The translations under genes were made by a program, and so were the position numbers. Positions 18,312 to 27,542 of a stretch of DNA of 64,000 bases are shown here, piece by piece; position 1 is the stretch's first letter; each line of letters opens with the position of its first letter. Where the stretch lies: assembly GCA_964511945.1 (NCBI GenBank), contig CAZEHO010000003.1, positions 62,431 through 126,430 on the forward strand, written 5' to 3'. The notes beneath the pieces were generated by a model. The model saw only the letters and a list, made by a program, of their open reading frames with translations. It did not search any database and had not been told where the DNA came from. This DNA comes from an uncultured Acidimicrobiia bacterium (GTDB taxonomy: Bacteria; Actinomycetota; Acidimicrobiia; Spongiisociales; UBA11373).

Positions 18312-20222
18312 GTGCGTTCGACAGTCATCGACGAACCCGGATCCGGCGCGGCCCGGCCGGTACCGCCGGCGCCCCCGGAGGCCGTCGTCGACGCGTTCGG
18401 CGTGGCGTGGAGCACCTTTACGCTCTACGAGCACCCCCAGCGTGTCGAGGCCTTTGCGCGCGCGGTCTCAATCATGGGTCGATGTCCCCGCTACCCATGG
18501 CGGGTCGAGGTCGGTCCAGAGGGTTTCATCCTGGATGAGCAGTCCGTGGGGCACCGCCGTGAGGCGACGCTCCGACTGGCACAGCGAATCTTCGCCCTGG
18601 GAACGGCCGCCCTCGAACTGGCCACTCCGCCATCGGCCGAGGATGTGCTGACGCTGTTTGGATTGCTGGCAGCTCCGGAACCGCCCACCGAACCCGGTGC
18701 CGCCCTGCAACGGCTTGGAGTGCACTCCATCGCCCTGCTCCACCGGGAGCTCTTCGGGTCAGGATCGAGCGGCGACGGTGGCAAGCCGTGGTACCTGTCG
18801 TACGACGGCAATCCCGAGCCCTTCGTCCACAAGCTGCTGGAGGGCCGGGAGAGCGATGCCAGCGGGGTCGCAGTCGACTTCGTCGCCGAGTATCAGCGGG
18901 TCCATGAACTGATCGACTCGGCCGACCCGTGGGGTCGCGAGGAGATGGTCCATGCCTTCATGGACGCCTTCTGGTATCTCCCCCAGCGCCACCAGGCGGA
19001 GGTATTCGAGCAACTCCTCCAGGGCCAGGAATCGGCGCAGAACCTCGAGCTTCTCGACCAGTTCGGCAGCCAGGAACTGGCCGAACTGAACCGGCTGTTC
19101 GGAGCCGCCGGCCATCCCCTGCTGGCGGAGTATGCCCGGGTGGCCTCCGATCAGGGAGGCCGTGAGCTGTCCGATATCGCCCCGCTGGTCGAGGAGAGCA
19201 GCGAAGCCGATTCGATCAGCAAGGCCGTCATGGACCACATCTCCCAGGTTCTCAGCGCCATCGATCCCGGCGGGACGCCGGCGGTGGCTGCCGCACTGGA
19301 CCGCCTCCGCTCGATCCGCCCTCGGCCGGCAGATGCTTGGAGGTCGGCGGTCAACGTGATCGGCGGCCTCATCGACCTCGAGATTCGGGGTGAGGAGGTC
19401 GAGCGCCCCGTCGAGTTGTGGGCCGACAAGATCGTTGCCGCGCTCGGGTCCGGAGATCTCATTGATGCTGACCGGTGGCTTACCGCACCCGGGAGACTCC
19501 GGCTCGATCCGGAGACCCGCACCAGGCTGCTGCGCACCCTGTCGGGCCGGATGGATCAGGCCTCGACCAATCGGATCGTCGCCGTGCTCATGGATGAGCG
19601 GCCCGACGGCTCGGGATCGAACGTCCGCAAGGTGGCTCCTCTCTTCGCAGCCGACGCGCTGGTGACACTCCTCGGAGCAGAGGAACGGCAGGCAAAGCGG
19701 CGCTTGCTGATCCGCGCCCTGATCCAGATCGCCGCAGTCAATCCCGGAGCGCTACTCCCCCATCTGCGCGATCCCCGCTGGTACCTGGTCCGCAACATCG
19801 CACTGATTCTCGGAGCCTGCGGCCATGCTGAGATCGCCCCGAGGCTCTCCGCCGTGCTGCACCATGACGACCACCGGGTCCGTGTCGAGGCCCTGAGCTC
19901 GTGGAGCCGCCTCGACCCCGCCGGCTCGGTACTGGTCGTCGTCGCCGGCCTCGACGACCCCAACGAGGCGGTCCGCAAGCGCGCCGACGAGTTGCTGGGC
20001 CGAATCGACCATCCATCGGTCGATGCAGCGCTCATCGACCGACTCGAGCGAGCGACACACCGAGGGGGAATGATCGCCGCCATCCACGCCCTGGGCCGGC
20101 GCGGCACTCCGGCGGCACGGCAGGTCCTGCAGCAGAGGGCAGCACGCCGATTCCCGTTCTGGGGCACGACTCGAGCCGTCCGTCGCACCGCCCGGGCAGC
20201 CCTGGAGGGACGCCATGAGTGA
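18312..20222 (+). CDS. HEAT/PBS-lyase-type repeat protein (GTG start)
   Basis: 636 aa. C-terminal HEAT-like repeats (WYLVRNIALILGACG..., HDDHRVRVEALSSW, GLDDPNEAVRKRADELLG). Its stop overlaps the next gene's ATG by 8 nt. Confidence 0.7.
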   Translation: MRSTVIDEPGSGAARPVPPAPPEAVVDAFGVAWSTFTLYEHPQRVEAFARAVSIMGRCPRYPWRVEVGPEGFILDEQSVGHRREATLRLAQRIFALGTAALELATPPSAEDVLTLFGLLAAPEPPTEPGAALQRLGVHSIALLHRELFGSGSSGDGGKPWYLSYDGNPEPFVHKLLEGRESDASGVAVDFVAEYQRVHELIDSADPWGREEMVHAFMDAFWYLPQRHQAEVFEQLLQGQESAQNLELLDQFGSQELAELNRLFGAAGHPLLAEYARVASDQGGRELSDIAPLVEESSEADSISKAVMDHISQVLSAIDPGGTPAVAAALDRLRSIRPRPADAWRSAVNVIGGLIDLEIRGEEVERPVELWADKIVAALGSGDLIDADRWLTAPGRLRLDPETRTRLLRTLSGRMDQASTNRIVAVLMDERPDGSGSNVRKVAPLFAADALVTLLGAEERQAKRRLLIRALIQIAAVNPGALLPHLRDPRWYLVRNIALILGACGHAEIAPRLSAVLHHDDHRVRVEALSSWSRLDPAGSVLVVVAGLDDPNEAVRKRADELLGRIDHPSVDAALIDRLERATHRGGMIAAIHALGRRGTPAARQVLQQRAARRFPFWGTTRAVRRTARAALEGRHE

Positions 20223-21576
20223 ACAGATCGCAGCCAGCTTGATCCGGGCGCTGCGCCGGGGCGTCAGCTACGCCAGGCTCTACGGAGCCGACCACACGCT
20301 CACCATGGAGGCGTGTGATGAGGCCGCCCGAGCCGCCAATGCATTCGGGCCGTCCTACCCGGGCACGCTCCTCGCGTTCGTCGACGAAACCCTGTTCGTG
20401 GACAGCTCGGCATGCGGGCACACGTCACTGCAGTTCAACGGCTTCTTGCGAGCGATCGAAGCGGCCGGCGTCGAGACTCTCCTGTTCACCGCCAACGTGG
20501 AGCCCGCAGAGATCAACCGGCTGGTTCAAGTGATCGCCGGCGAGATCGACGAGTTCGGGGCGGGACGGAACCTGCGGGTCAACGATGTCCATCTCGGAAC
20601 GGACGACCTCGACGAGAGCCCGACCTCCGAGTTCCGCAAGTCGTACGCCGCCTCGCTCGAGGCGCTGCGGCGCGTCGGCGCTGCCGTCACCGGCGGGGAG
20701 AAGCTGTCGATCGACGGAACCGCCGACGTGGTCCAGGACCTGCTGCGGCAGGTGGTGGAGAACCCCACCGCAGCCCTGCTGCTGGCGACGGTGAAGAGCC
20801 ATCACGAATACACCTTCTACCACTCGGTCAACACCTCGATTCTCTCGCTCGGGCTGGCGCACCTGGTGGGCCTGCCCGACGAGGACACACTGCTCCTCGG
20901 AACCGCCGCCATGCTCCATGACATCGGAAAGGTCGGCGTGTCGACGGCGGTCCTGCAGCACCCCGGTCGCCTCGACGCCGAGCAGTGGAAGGAGATCCGC
21001 AGGCACCCGCAGATCGGAGCCGAGAGCATCCTCGAAGCCGCCGGTCCCGGGCAGGAAGTGACTGCGGTGGTGGCCTTCGAACACCACGCCCGGTTCGACG
21101 GCAGTGGTTATCCCCGCCTCGTGTATCACGACGGGACGGACCACCACCATGCAACTAGCCATCCGCTGCACTTCTTCAGCCGTCTGGTCGCGGTCGCCGA
21201 CACCTACGATGCTCTCACCACCCGGCGCTCCTATCGCCGCGCCGAGCCGCCGAGCAGGGCACTCGAGATCCTGATCAGCGAAGCCGGCACCTCCTACGAC
21301 CCCGACTTCGTGCTCGCCTTCGCCCACCTCATGGGCCTGCATCCGCCGGGATCGTTCCTCCAGCTCCGATCGGGGGTCGTCGTGATGGTCACCGACGCTC
21401 CCACGATGACCGGGCAGCCTCCTCCGGTCGTGGCGATCCGCAGCGCCGCCGGTGCCCTGATCGCAGCCCCGGAGCCCATGGCATATCGGATGGAAGACGT
21501 CATCGGTCATGTCGCGCCGGCACTTATCGGCATCACACCGGCCGAGGTGCTCGAGAAGACCGGGATCGCTGCGTAG
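20215..21576 (+). CDS. HD-GYP domain phosphodiesterase with an N-terminal roughly 190-aa sensor region
   Basis: HD motif AAMLHDIGKV and GYP motif HHARFDGSGYPR. RBS GGAGGGA before ATG 20215. Confidence 0.8.
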   Translation: MSEQIAASLIRALRRGVSYARLYGADHTLTMEACDEAARAANAFGPSYPGTLLAFVDETLFVDSSACGHTSLQFNGFLRAIEAAGVETLLFTANVEPAEINRLVQVIAGEIDEFGAGRNLRVNDVHLGTDDLDESPTSEFRKSYAASLEALRRVGAAVTGGEKLSIDGTADVVQDLLRQVVENPTAALLLATVKSHHEYTFYHSVNTSILSLGLAHLVGLPDEDTLLLGTAAMLHDIGKVGVSTAVLQHPGRLDAEQWKEIRRHPQIGAESILEAAGPGQEVTAVVAFEHHARFDGSGYPRLVYHDGTDHHHATSHPLHFFSRLVAVADTYDALTTRRSYRRAEPPSRALEILISEAGTSYDPDFVLAFAHLMGLHPPGSFLQLRSGVVVMVTDAPTMTGQPPPVVAIRSAAGALIAAPEPMAYRMEDVIGHVAPALIGITPAEVLEKTGIAA

Positions 21577-21587
21577 CGATCGGGAGG

Positions 21588-22466
21588 TCAGGTCGAAGGA
21601 GTCGTCCGGCTGCGGAGCAGCCCAACCACCTTGTCGACATACCCGCTGTACGACTCGGACGGCAGCCGGTCCAGCGGTTGCCGCTCCCAATCGGTGTACC
21701 CGAATGCGGCCATCTCCTCGGCCAGCAGCGGACGCAGGAAGTCGAGGTCGCCGTCCGTCATGAAGCTCGCCCAGTTGCCGGCCGATTCACTGCGCCGTAC
21801 CCGATCGAGATTGCCCACATCCCGCTGCAGGATGATCGGGACGCCGAGCCCCTCCTCGAGAACCCGGTAGTACCCAGCGATGAAGTCCTCGTAGCGGATC
21901 GCCACGGATCGTGAGTCGCCCTCATGACGCCGAATGAGTTCCCAGTAGCGCGTGATGTTCTTGCACATCCTGCGGGTGACGGCGGGCCCGAGCTGGGCCG
22001 TCCCGAAGATGGTGTTGAACTCCTCGGCGAGGTCGAACAGCCCCTTCCCATCCGGGTGCTGTTCCTTGTCGACCAGCACCGCCCGCCACGCCGCCACCTT
22101 CTCCTCGGCGATCCCGTTGCGGGCAATGACGATGTGGAGCACGTACATCAGCCGGCTGATCAACTCGTCCCGGGGATCACGGGTGATGAAAACGAGACGG
22201 TCGAACTCAAGGTCCAGTTCCCCGGCGAGGATGGCATTGCGCAGGCGGGGCCGGGTCTCCCAGTGGTCGTTTATGAGCTTGGCCACCAGGGGTCCCTCAC
22301 GATCCGCATGTGCCGGATCGTCGAACAGCGAGATCTGCTTCGGTTCGAGGATGAATTCGCAGGGGCGACCCCACGCCTCACCCAGGCTGTGCTGGATCGA
22401 TTTCGCAATCACGGTGGTTCCGGTCTTGGCGCGACCAACGACCAGAACGTTCTTCGGTAGGGTCAT
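21588..22466 (-). CDS. PAPS-dependent sulfotransferase-family protein
   Basis: 5'-PSB-like P-loop VVGRAKTGTT and 3'-PB-like ITRDPRDELISR. ATG 22466 chosen (MTLPKNV...). Confidence 0.65.
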   Translation of the reverse strand: MTLPKNVLVVGRAKTGTTVIAKSIQHSLGEAWGRPCEFILEPKQISLFDDPAHADREGPLVAKLINDHWETRPRLRNAILAGELDLEFDRLVFITRDPRDELISRLMYVLHIVIARNGIAEEKVAAWRAVLVDKEQHPDGKGLFDLAEEFNTIFGTAQLGPAVTRRMCKNITRYWELIRRHEGDSRSVAIRYEDFIAGYYRVLEEGLGVPIILQRDVGNLDRVRRSESAGNWASFMTDGDLDFLRPLLAEEMAAFGYTDWERQPLDRLPSESYSGYVDKVVGLLRSRTTPST

Positions 22467-22592
22467 GGCTCCGGAGTCCCTGACTCCCCAATGGTCCACA
22501 ATTGATGGGGATCGCGATCCTGAGGGATCGTGGCGATTGTAGGCCGCAGGGGCCTCGGGCAGTCCCGGGGCACAGGCTGAACGGAGAAGAGC

Positions 22593-23699
22593 ATGGCTGG
22601 CAAACAGGCAAGCGTTCCCGAGTCCGGCATTCCGTTCCGACATGCTCCCGATGCCGCCCACCCACCCGCCGGCACGCTCGAAGGCGGCACGGTCGATGTC
22701 CTCGAGCACCTCGGTTCCTGGGCCCGGGTCCAAACCGGGGACGGCCGGGAGGTGTGGGTCGACGCCCGCCGCCTGACCACCATTGAGGCGGCCCCGGCGG
22801 CGGAGGCCGCCGCTGCAGAGGCCGCCACCCCGGAGGAACCGCTGCCGGTGCCTGCTCCGCCGCCACCGCCGCGCTCCCCTGGCGCTCGCCCACCCTGGCT
22901 CATCCCGGTTGCGGCGGTCGCGGGGATCGCACTGATCGTCGTGCTCATCGTCACCCTCACCGGTGGCGGCGATGACACCGCCCTCTCTACCACCAGCTCG
23001 ACGACGGCCGCCCCGACCACCACCGCGCCGACCACCACGGCGGCAACGATCGCGGCACCCACCACCACGACGACCACATCGACCACGACCACCACATCGA
23101 CGAGCACCACGACCTCCACGACGACGACCACGACGACCACCACGATCCCGCCGCTCCCCCGCGAGGAGTCATTCGACGACGGCACCACCCTGGGGACGGC
23201 ACTGTTCGACGGGATCATGAGCTGGGACATCGCCGAAGGGATCGGTGTCATCGAGGCCGGAGCGGGTGGCGTGCTCCCGGTCATGTACCCCTACGTCGTG
23301 ACCGACGGCTCGGTTGCCTTCGACTTCAGCGCAGCTCAGCTCGAGACCACCGGCGGCATCGGCGCGGTTCTTCGATCAGAAGATCCTTCCGACGGCGCGC
23401 TCGACTCCTACGTCCTTGGATACATCATCCCCGGGACCAGCCGTGCGGTGATGGCAACATTCGCCAACGGTCAATTCACCGACGTGCAGGAGTTCCCGTT
23501 CGCCCCCGGATTCCTCAACCCCACATGGAATCGGGTCGCGGTTGCGGTGCTGATCGACACCCTGGTGATCACGCTGAACGGAGAGCCGGTGGCCACCGTC
23601 GGCCTCGACAACGTGCTGCCCGAGGGATCGGTCGGCATCGTGCTGCTCACCGCGACGGCGGGTGATTGGGTCCTGATCGACAATGTGGAGATCAATTAG
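22593..23699 (+). CDS. Membrane-anchored secreted protein: SH3b-like N-domain, TM helix, poly-Thr/Ser linker, C-terminal beta-rich domain
   Basis: WARVQTGDGREVWVDARRL (SH3b-like), then TM WLIPVAAVAGIALIVVLIV, then roughly 70 aa of T/S/A/P low complexity. Confidence 0.6.
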   Translation: MAGKQASVPESGIPFRHAPDAAHPPAGTLEGGTVDVLEHLGSWARVQTGDGREVWVDARRLTTIEAAPAAEAAAAEAATPEEPLPVPAPPPPPRSPGARPPWLIPVAAVAGIALIVVLIVTLTGGGDDTALSTTSSTTAAPTTTAPTTTAATIAAPTTTTTTSTTTTTSTSTTTSTTTTTTTTTIPPLPREESFDDGTTLGTALFDGIMSWDIAEGIGVIEAGAGGVLPVMYPYVVTDGSVAFDFSAAQLETTGGIGAVLRSEDPSDGALDSYVLGYIIPGTSRAVMATFANGQFTDVQEFPFAPGFLNPTWNRVAVAVLIDTLVITLNGEPVATVGLDNVLPEGSVGIVLLTATAGDWVLIDNVEIN

Positions 23700-24159
23700 C
23701 GCCGACCGAGCGGAGGAGCGCTTCCGGAGTCTCGATCAGCCAGCACTCGGTGCCCTCGCATCCGCGTGAGCGGACGAGGACGATCACCTCACCCTCGACG
23801 CGGGCCTCGGCCCGGTCGGTCCCGGGACCCGTCTCTCGGATAGTGACATCTCCGATCCGGAGAGCCCCGAGCGCGTCGGCCTGATCCGCGCTGAGGGCAC
23901 CGGCCACCACAGAGATCACCTCAGAACAATCGACCCCGGCACCGAACCCGGAGGCAAACCCGGCCGGGTCGGCCAGCATCCCGCAGGCTGAGCTGTGATC
24001 CGCTGCCACGACCGCGACTGCAAATGACTCGAGACGCTCCCCAATCTCGGCGGCCTCGGCGGCACGTGGCGCATCGCGGAAGTACCACAGGAGTACGCCG
24101 CTGATGAGTACCACCGCCACTCCGAGGAGGAACAGACCGACAGGGAGCTTCGCTCCCAT
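23692..24159 (-). CDS. Hypothetical membrane-anchored protein
   Basis: N-terminal TM (LPVGLFLLGVAVVLISGVLLW). ATG 24159 chosen. No recognisable domain. Confidence 0.4.
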   Translation of the reverse strand: MGAKLPVGLFLLGVAVVLISGVLLWYFRDAPRAAEAAEIGERLESFAVAVVAADHSSACGMLADPAGFASGFGAGVDCSEVISVVAGALSADQADALGALRIGDVTIRETGPGTDRAEARVEGEVIVLVRSRGCEGTECWLIETPEALLRSVGAN

Positions 24160-24318
24160 GATGTTGATCGACCGGGGATCTCGTTCGGGAGTTGGTGGCG
24201 TATCCACGGGGAAGGAGCCTATCGAGCCGACCGGGGCAGGGCGTGATAGCGCTCTCCTTACCTCTATCACAGGACCCGCCGGGCAGACCGCATTCAGATC
24301 GGTACCATCACCGGTCCG

Positions 24319-25455
24319 ATGCGACGTGTCTGGATTCTCCTCGCCGTCGGGGCGCTAGCCGCCACAGCGTGCAGCAATCCCGCCACCGATTCCACGGCCA
24401 CCTCAGGAGCCGCGCCAACCACAACTCCACCGTCATCGACGACCACCGCGGCCGACCTGCTCCCGCTCGTCTCGACGTCCAGCACCACCTCTGCGTCGAC
24501 GACGAGCACGACCACTTCCAGCACCACCACGAGCACGACGACCACGACAACCACAGTTCCGTACTCGCCGGTCAACGGTCTGATCGTCGACGACGCCGAA
24601 CTCCGGGATCGCCGGGTCATCGCAGTCAAGATCGACAACCACCCGAAGGCCCGCCGTCAAAGCGGGCTCCAGGAGGCCGATGCGGTCATCGAACTGCTGG
24701 TGGAAGGGGTCACGCGGTTCATCGCACTGTTCCACACGAGTGACAGCACCTACCTCGGGCCGGTCCGGTCGATCCGCCCGACCGACTCGACGCTGCTCCG
24801 CGCATTCGGGGCCGCGTTCGTCGTCTCCGGTGGCCAGGAGTGGGTCAAGGCAATCACCACCGAACGTGGGGTCGACTTCGTAACCGAGGGCGTTTCCGGG
24901 CTCTACCGGATCTCGACCCGGGTCGCACCCCAGAATCTCTACGCCGACACCACGGAGCTGCGGGCCACCGCAGACGACCTCGGCTTCTCCGACACCGTCC
25001 ACGGCCCACTCCTCGTCTTCGGAGAGTGGGAAACAGCGCCGGCGGCAACCGCTTCCCAGATCGATCTGTACTGGGCCGTTGGAGCTCAGGTGCGCTGGCT
25101 CTTCTCCGAGGGCCGCTACTACCGGCTTGCCCAAACCACGCCACACCGGTGGGTGGATCTCGACGGCAACACCGACCAGTTGGCGTTCGACGTCCTCGTT
25201 GTGCTGGAGGGCATCCAGTACACCGCTCGACCCGGATCCGGATACGGGGGATCCTCGGTGCCGGCCACCGAAACGCTGGGGGGCGGCAGGATGGCGGTGT
25301 TCAGCAACGGCTACGTCGTGGAGGGAACCTGGGAGCGGAGCGCCATCACAGAGCCGTTCCATCTCTTCGACGACTCCGGCAACCCCGTCACCATCCCACC
25401 CGGGATCCCGTGGATCTCGATCTATCCCGAGGGCGTGGATTGGAGATGGCGGTAG
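24319..25455 (+). CDS. DUF3048 (YerB-like) lipoprotein with a poly-Thr/Ser linker
   Basis: Signal peptide and lipobox (LAATACS). Roughly 60-aa T/S run. DUF3048 core VIAVKIDNHPKARRQSGL..ADAVIELLVEGVTRFIALFH. Confidence 0.75.
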   Translation: MRRVWILLAVGALAATACSNPATDSTATSGAAPTTTPPSSTTTAADLLPLVSTSSTTSASTTSTTTSSTTTSTTTTTTTVPYSPVNGLIVDDAELRDRRVIAVKIDNHPKARRQSGLQEADAVIELLVEGVTRFIALFHTSDSTYLGPVRSIRPTDSTLLRAFGAAFVVSGGQEWVKAITTERGVDFVTEGVSGLYRISTRVAPQNLYADTTELRATADDLGFSDTVHGPLLVFGEWETAPAATASQIDLYWAVGAQVRWLFSEGRYYRLAQTTPHRWVDLDGNTDQLAFDVLVVLEGIQYTARPGSGYGGSSVPATETLGGGRMAVFSNGYVVEGTWERSAITEPFHLFDDSGNPVTIPPGIPWISIYPEGVDWRWR

Positions 25456-25500
25456 AGCCTCGACGGCCCGACGCAACGAGGACGCGATGGGCGGTGGCCG

Positions 25501-26229
25501 TCACGCACCGCGATGAAACACCGTCCGGCCGGCGACATCCTGAATTCGGCGGGCGTTGCCCGGCGGGTTCGGGCGGTCGCCACATCCGGGCGTCGGGGCC
25601 GACACAAGGCCCATGTGGGCGGCAACCTGCCGATCGGACGCTTGCAGGCGCTCGACGACCACGACCCAATTGACGCCATCCGTGAACGGTGCCGTCGTCA
25701 GTGATCCTCCATAGCGGTAGGTATCGAGTTGCGCCGGCAGCAGCCGGTCGAGCCTCATCGTCGCCGGCACCTCCTGGCCGTCGGCGGGCCCGATCACCGC
25801 CGGGTCGAATGCGCCGATGAGGTCGAACGCCGGAGCGATGTACTCGTCGTGGCCACCGACCTCCGAGCACACCCCGACCACTGTGAGATCTCCCGATTCA
25901 CTCCGGTGGACGAGATGCACCTCGAGCGGGAGGGTTTCCCCGTCGATCCAATGCTCCGAAGGGGTATGCCAATGAAGTGAATCGAGCTCGAAGCGAGTAC
26001 CGCCCAGCAGGATCGCTGCGATACCCGGGTCGACCTTCACGATGAGTTCCGGGACTACCTCGACACCGGCCGGGACATCGTCGCCGTCCTTGACCTCGAA
26101 GCACACCCGAACGGAGACCGGCTCCGACGGATACTCGAGTGTCAGAGCGGGGAGGCCGTCGTCCGGCCTCACCTCGGAGGTCCGGATGTCGATCGGGCTC
26201 TGGCCGGTGGGGAGGATCGTCGTCGCCAT
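25501..26229 (-). CDS. Alpha-class carbonic anhydrase
   Basis: SPIDI, HWHTPSEH, LEVHLVH (three Zn His) and YRYGGSLTTAPFTDGVNWVVV. No N-terminal signal peptide and no conserved Cys pair. Confidence 0.75.
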   Translation of the reverse strand: MATTILPTGQSPIDIRTSEVRPDDGLPALTLEYPSEPVSVRVCFEVKDGDDVPAGVEVVPELIVKVDPGIAAILLGGTRFELDSLHWHTPSEHWIDGETLPLEVHLVHRSESGDLTVVGVCSEVGGHDEYIAPAFDLIGAFDPAVIGPADGQEVPATMRLDRLLPAQLDTYRYGGSLTTAPFTDGVNWVVVVERLQASDRQVAAHMGLVSAPTPGCGDRPNPPGNARRIQDVAGRTVFHRGA

Positions 26230-26285
26230 GACCTGAACGTACCCCGTTCAGGATCAGCCGAATCCGGTTCGGGTACGGTGAGTCC

Positions 26286-27491
26286 ATGCGCCGCGCCGCC
26301 GTGGGAATCCTCGTTCTCGCCCTGATCCCGCTGTCGATTCCGGCTGCCGCCGACGAACCGGCCGACCTGGTGGCGGCGGTCACGGAGACCGTCACCCGGC
26401 AGATGGATTCGGTCGGGGTGGAAGGTGTTGGCGTTGCCCTGATCGACGAGTTCGAGGTCGTGTGGGTGGGCAGCTTCGGCGTTGCCGAACCCGGGCGGCC
26501 CATCGAGCCCACAACCCTCTTCCAGGCGGCGTCGCTCACCAAGCCGATGTCGGCGGTCGTGGCGGCCGCAGCCGCCGAGGACGGCTTGGTCGATCTCGAC
26601 GCCGACATCTTCAACATGCTGGTGTCGTGGCAGCACCCGCCGATGCCGTTTGGGGATGTGCCGGTCACGCTGCACCAACTGTTCGCTCATCGCGGCGGGG
26701 CGAACGTGTCCGGCTTCCCCGGGTACCGGCAGGACGAAACCCTGCCGACGCCGGTGGCGATCCTCGACGGGATCCTGGACAAGAACGAACCGATCCGCAT
26801 CTATGCCGAGCCCGGCACCGAGAAGTCCTACAGCGGTGGTGGATTCGTCATGGCCCAGGTTGCAATGGAGGACCACATCGGAATCACCTTCGAAAGCCTC
26901 GCCGAGCAGCTCGTCTTCGAGCCACTCGGGCTGGTGCATTCCACCTACCGGATTCTCGAAGCAGCCGACCGGCAGCGAGTTGCGGTCGGGTACCGGGCCG
27001 ACGGCTCAGAGATAGCCGGCGGTGGGTGGCACCTGTATCCCGAAACCGCGCCGGCGTCGCTCTGGACCACGCCCACCGAATACGCCGAGTTCGTGATCGA
27101 CGTGATGCGTTCCCACATCGGGGACGTCGGCGTCGTTCTCGACCAGGCGACGGCGGAGTATCTGTTGGATCCCCTGTATCCCGTGGGCTTCGGACTGAGC
27201 GCCCACAGCGACGTCACCTACATCGGCCATGAAGGTGCCAACGAGGGCTATCGGACCCAGTTTCTTGCGGTAGTCGAACGAGGTGAGGGCATCGTCGTGC
27301 TGACCAACAACGATGCGGGCCTCGAACTCACCCAGGCGGTGGTCGATACTGCCGCCGACGAGTTCGGCTGGCCGAAGCAGTGGAGCACACCGCTGTGGGT
27401 CGTGCTGATCGGATTCGTATTCCTGGCGGTGATCGTGGTGGGTGTCTGGCTGCTCTTCCTGACCCTGCGCAGGCGCTCGGCGGGAGCCTGA
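26286..27491 (+). CDS. Beta-lactamase-related serine hydrolase (class C/PBP-like fold), secreted with a C-terminal TM anchor
   Basis: Signal peptide and SxxK motif ASLTKP. C-terminal hydrophobic helix LWVVLIGFVFLAVIVVGVWLLFL. Confidence 0.8.
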   Translation: MRRAAVGILVLALIPLSIPAAADEPADLVAAVTETVTRQMDSVGVEGVGVALIDEFEVVWVGSFGVAEPGRPIEPTTLFQAASLTKPMSAVVAAAAAEDGLVDLDADIFNMLVSWQHPPMPFGDVPVTLHQLFAHRGGANVSGFPGYRQDETLPTPVAILDGILDKNEPIRIYAEPGTEKSYSGGGFVMAQVAMEDHIGITFESLAEQLVFEPLGLVHSTYRILEAADRQRVAVGYRADGSEIAGGGWHLYPETAPASLWTTPTEYAEFVIDVMRSHIGDVGVVLDQATAEYLLDPLYPVGFGLSAHSDVTYIGHEGANEGYRTQFLAVVERGEGIVVLTNNDAGLELTQAVVDTAADEFGWPKQWSTPLWVVLIGFVFLAVIVVGVWLLFLTLRRRSAGA

Positions 27492-27542
27492 CGCGATGGT
27501 GCCGGCCCGGAGGCCGGCACCGGACCACTTCCTCGGAATGGC

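Noticed and set aside
20425-21690. 421-aa minus-strand ORF antisense to the HD-GYP gene
   Set aside because: No motifs. The plus-strand frame carries the canonical HD and GYP signatures.
22980-23150. ACC/ACG/TCG-rich nucleotide repeats (also at 24420-24560 and 39430-39560) considered as a possible CRISPR-like or minisatellite array
   Set aside because: They are irregular, in-frame Thr/Ser codon runs inside secreted-protein genes, not repeat-spacer units.
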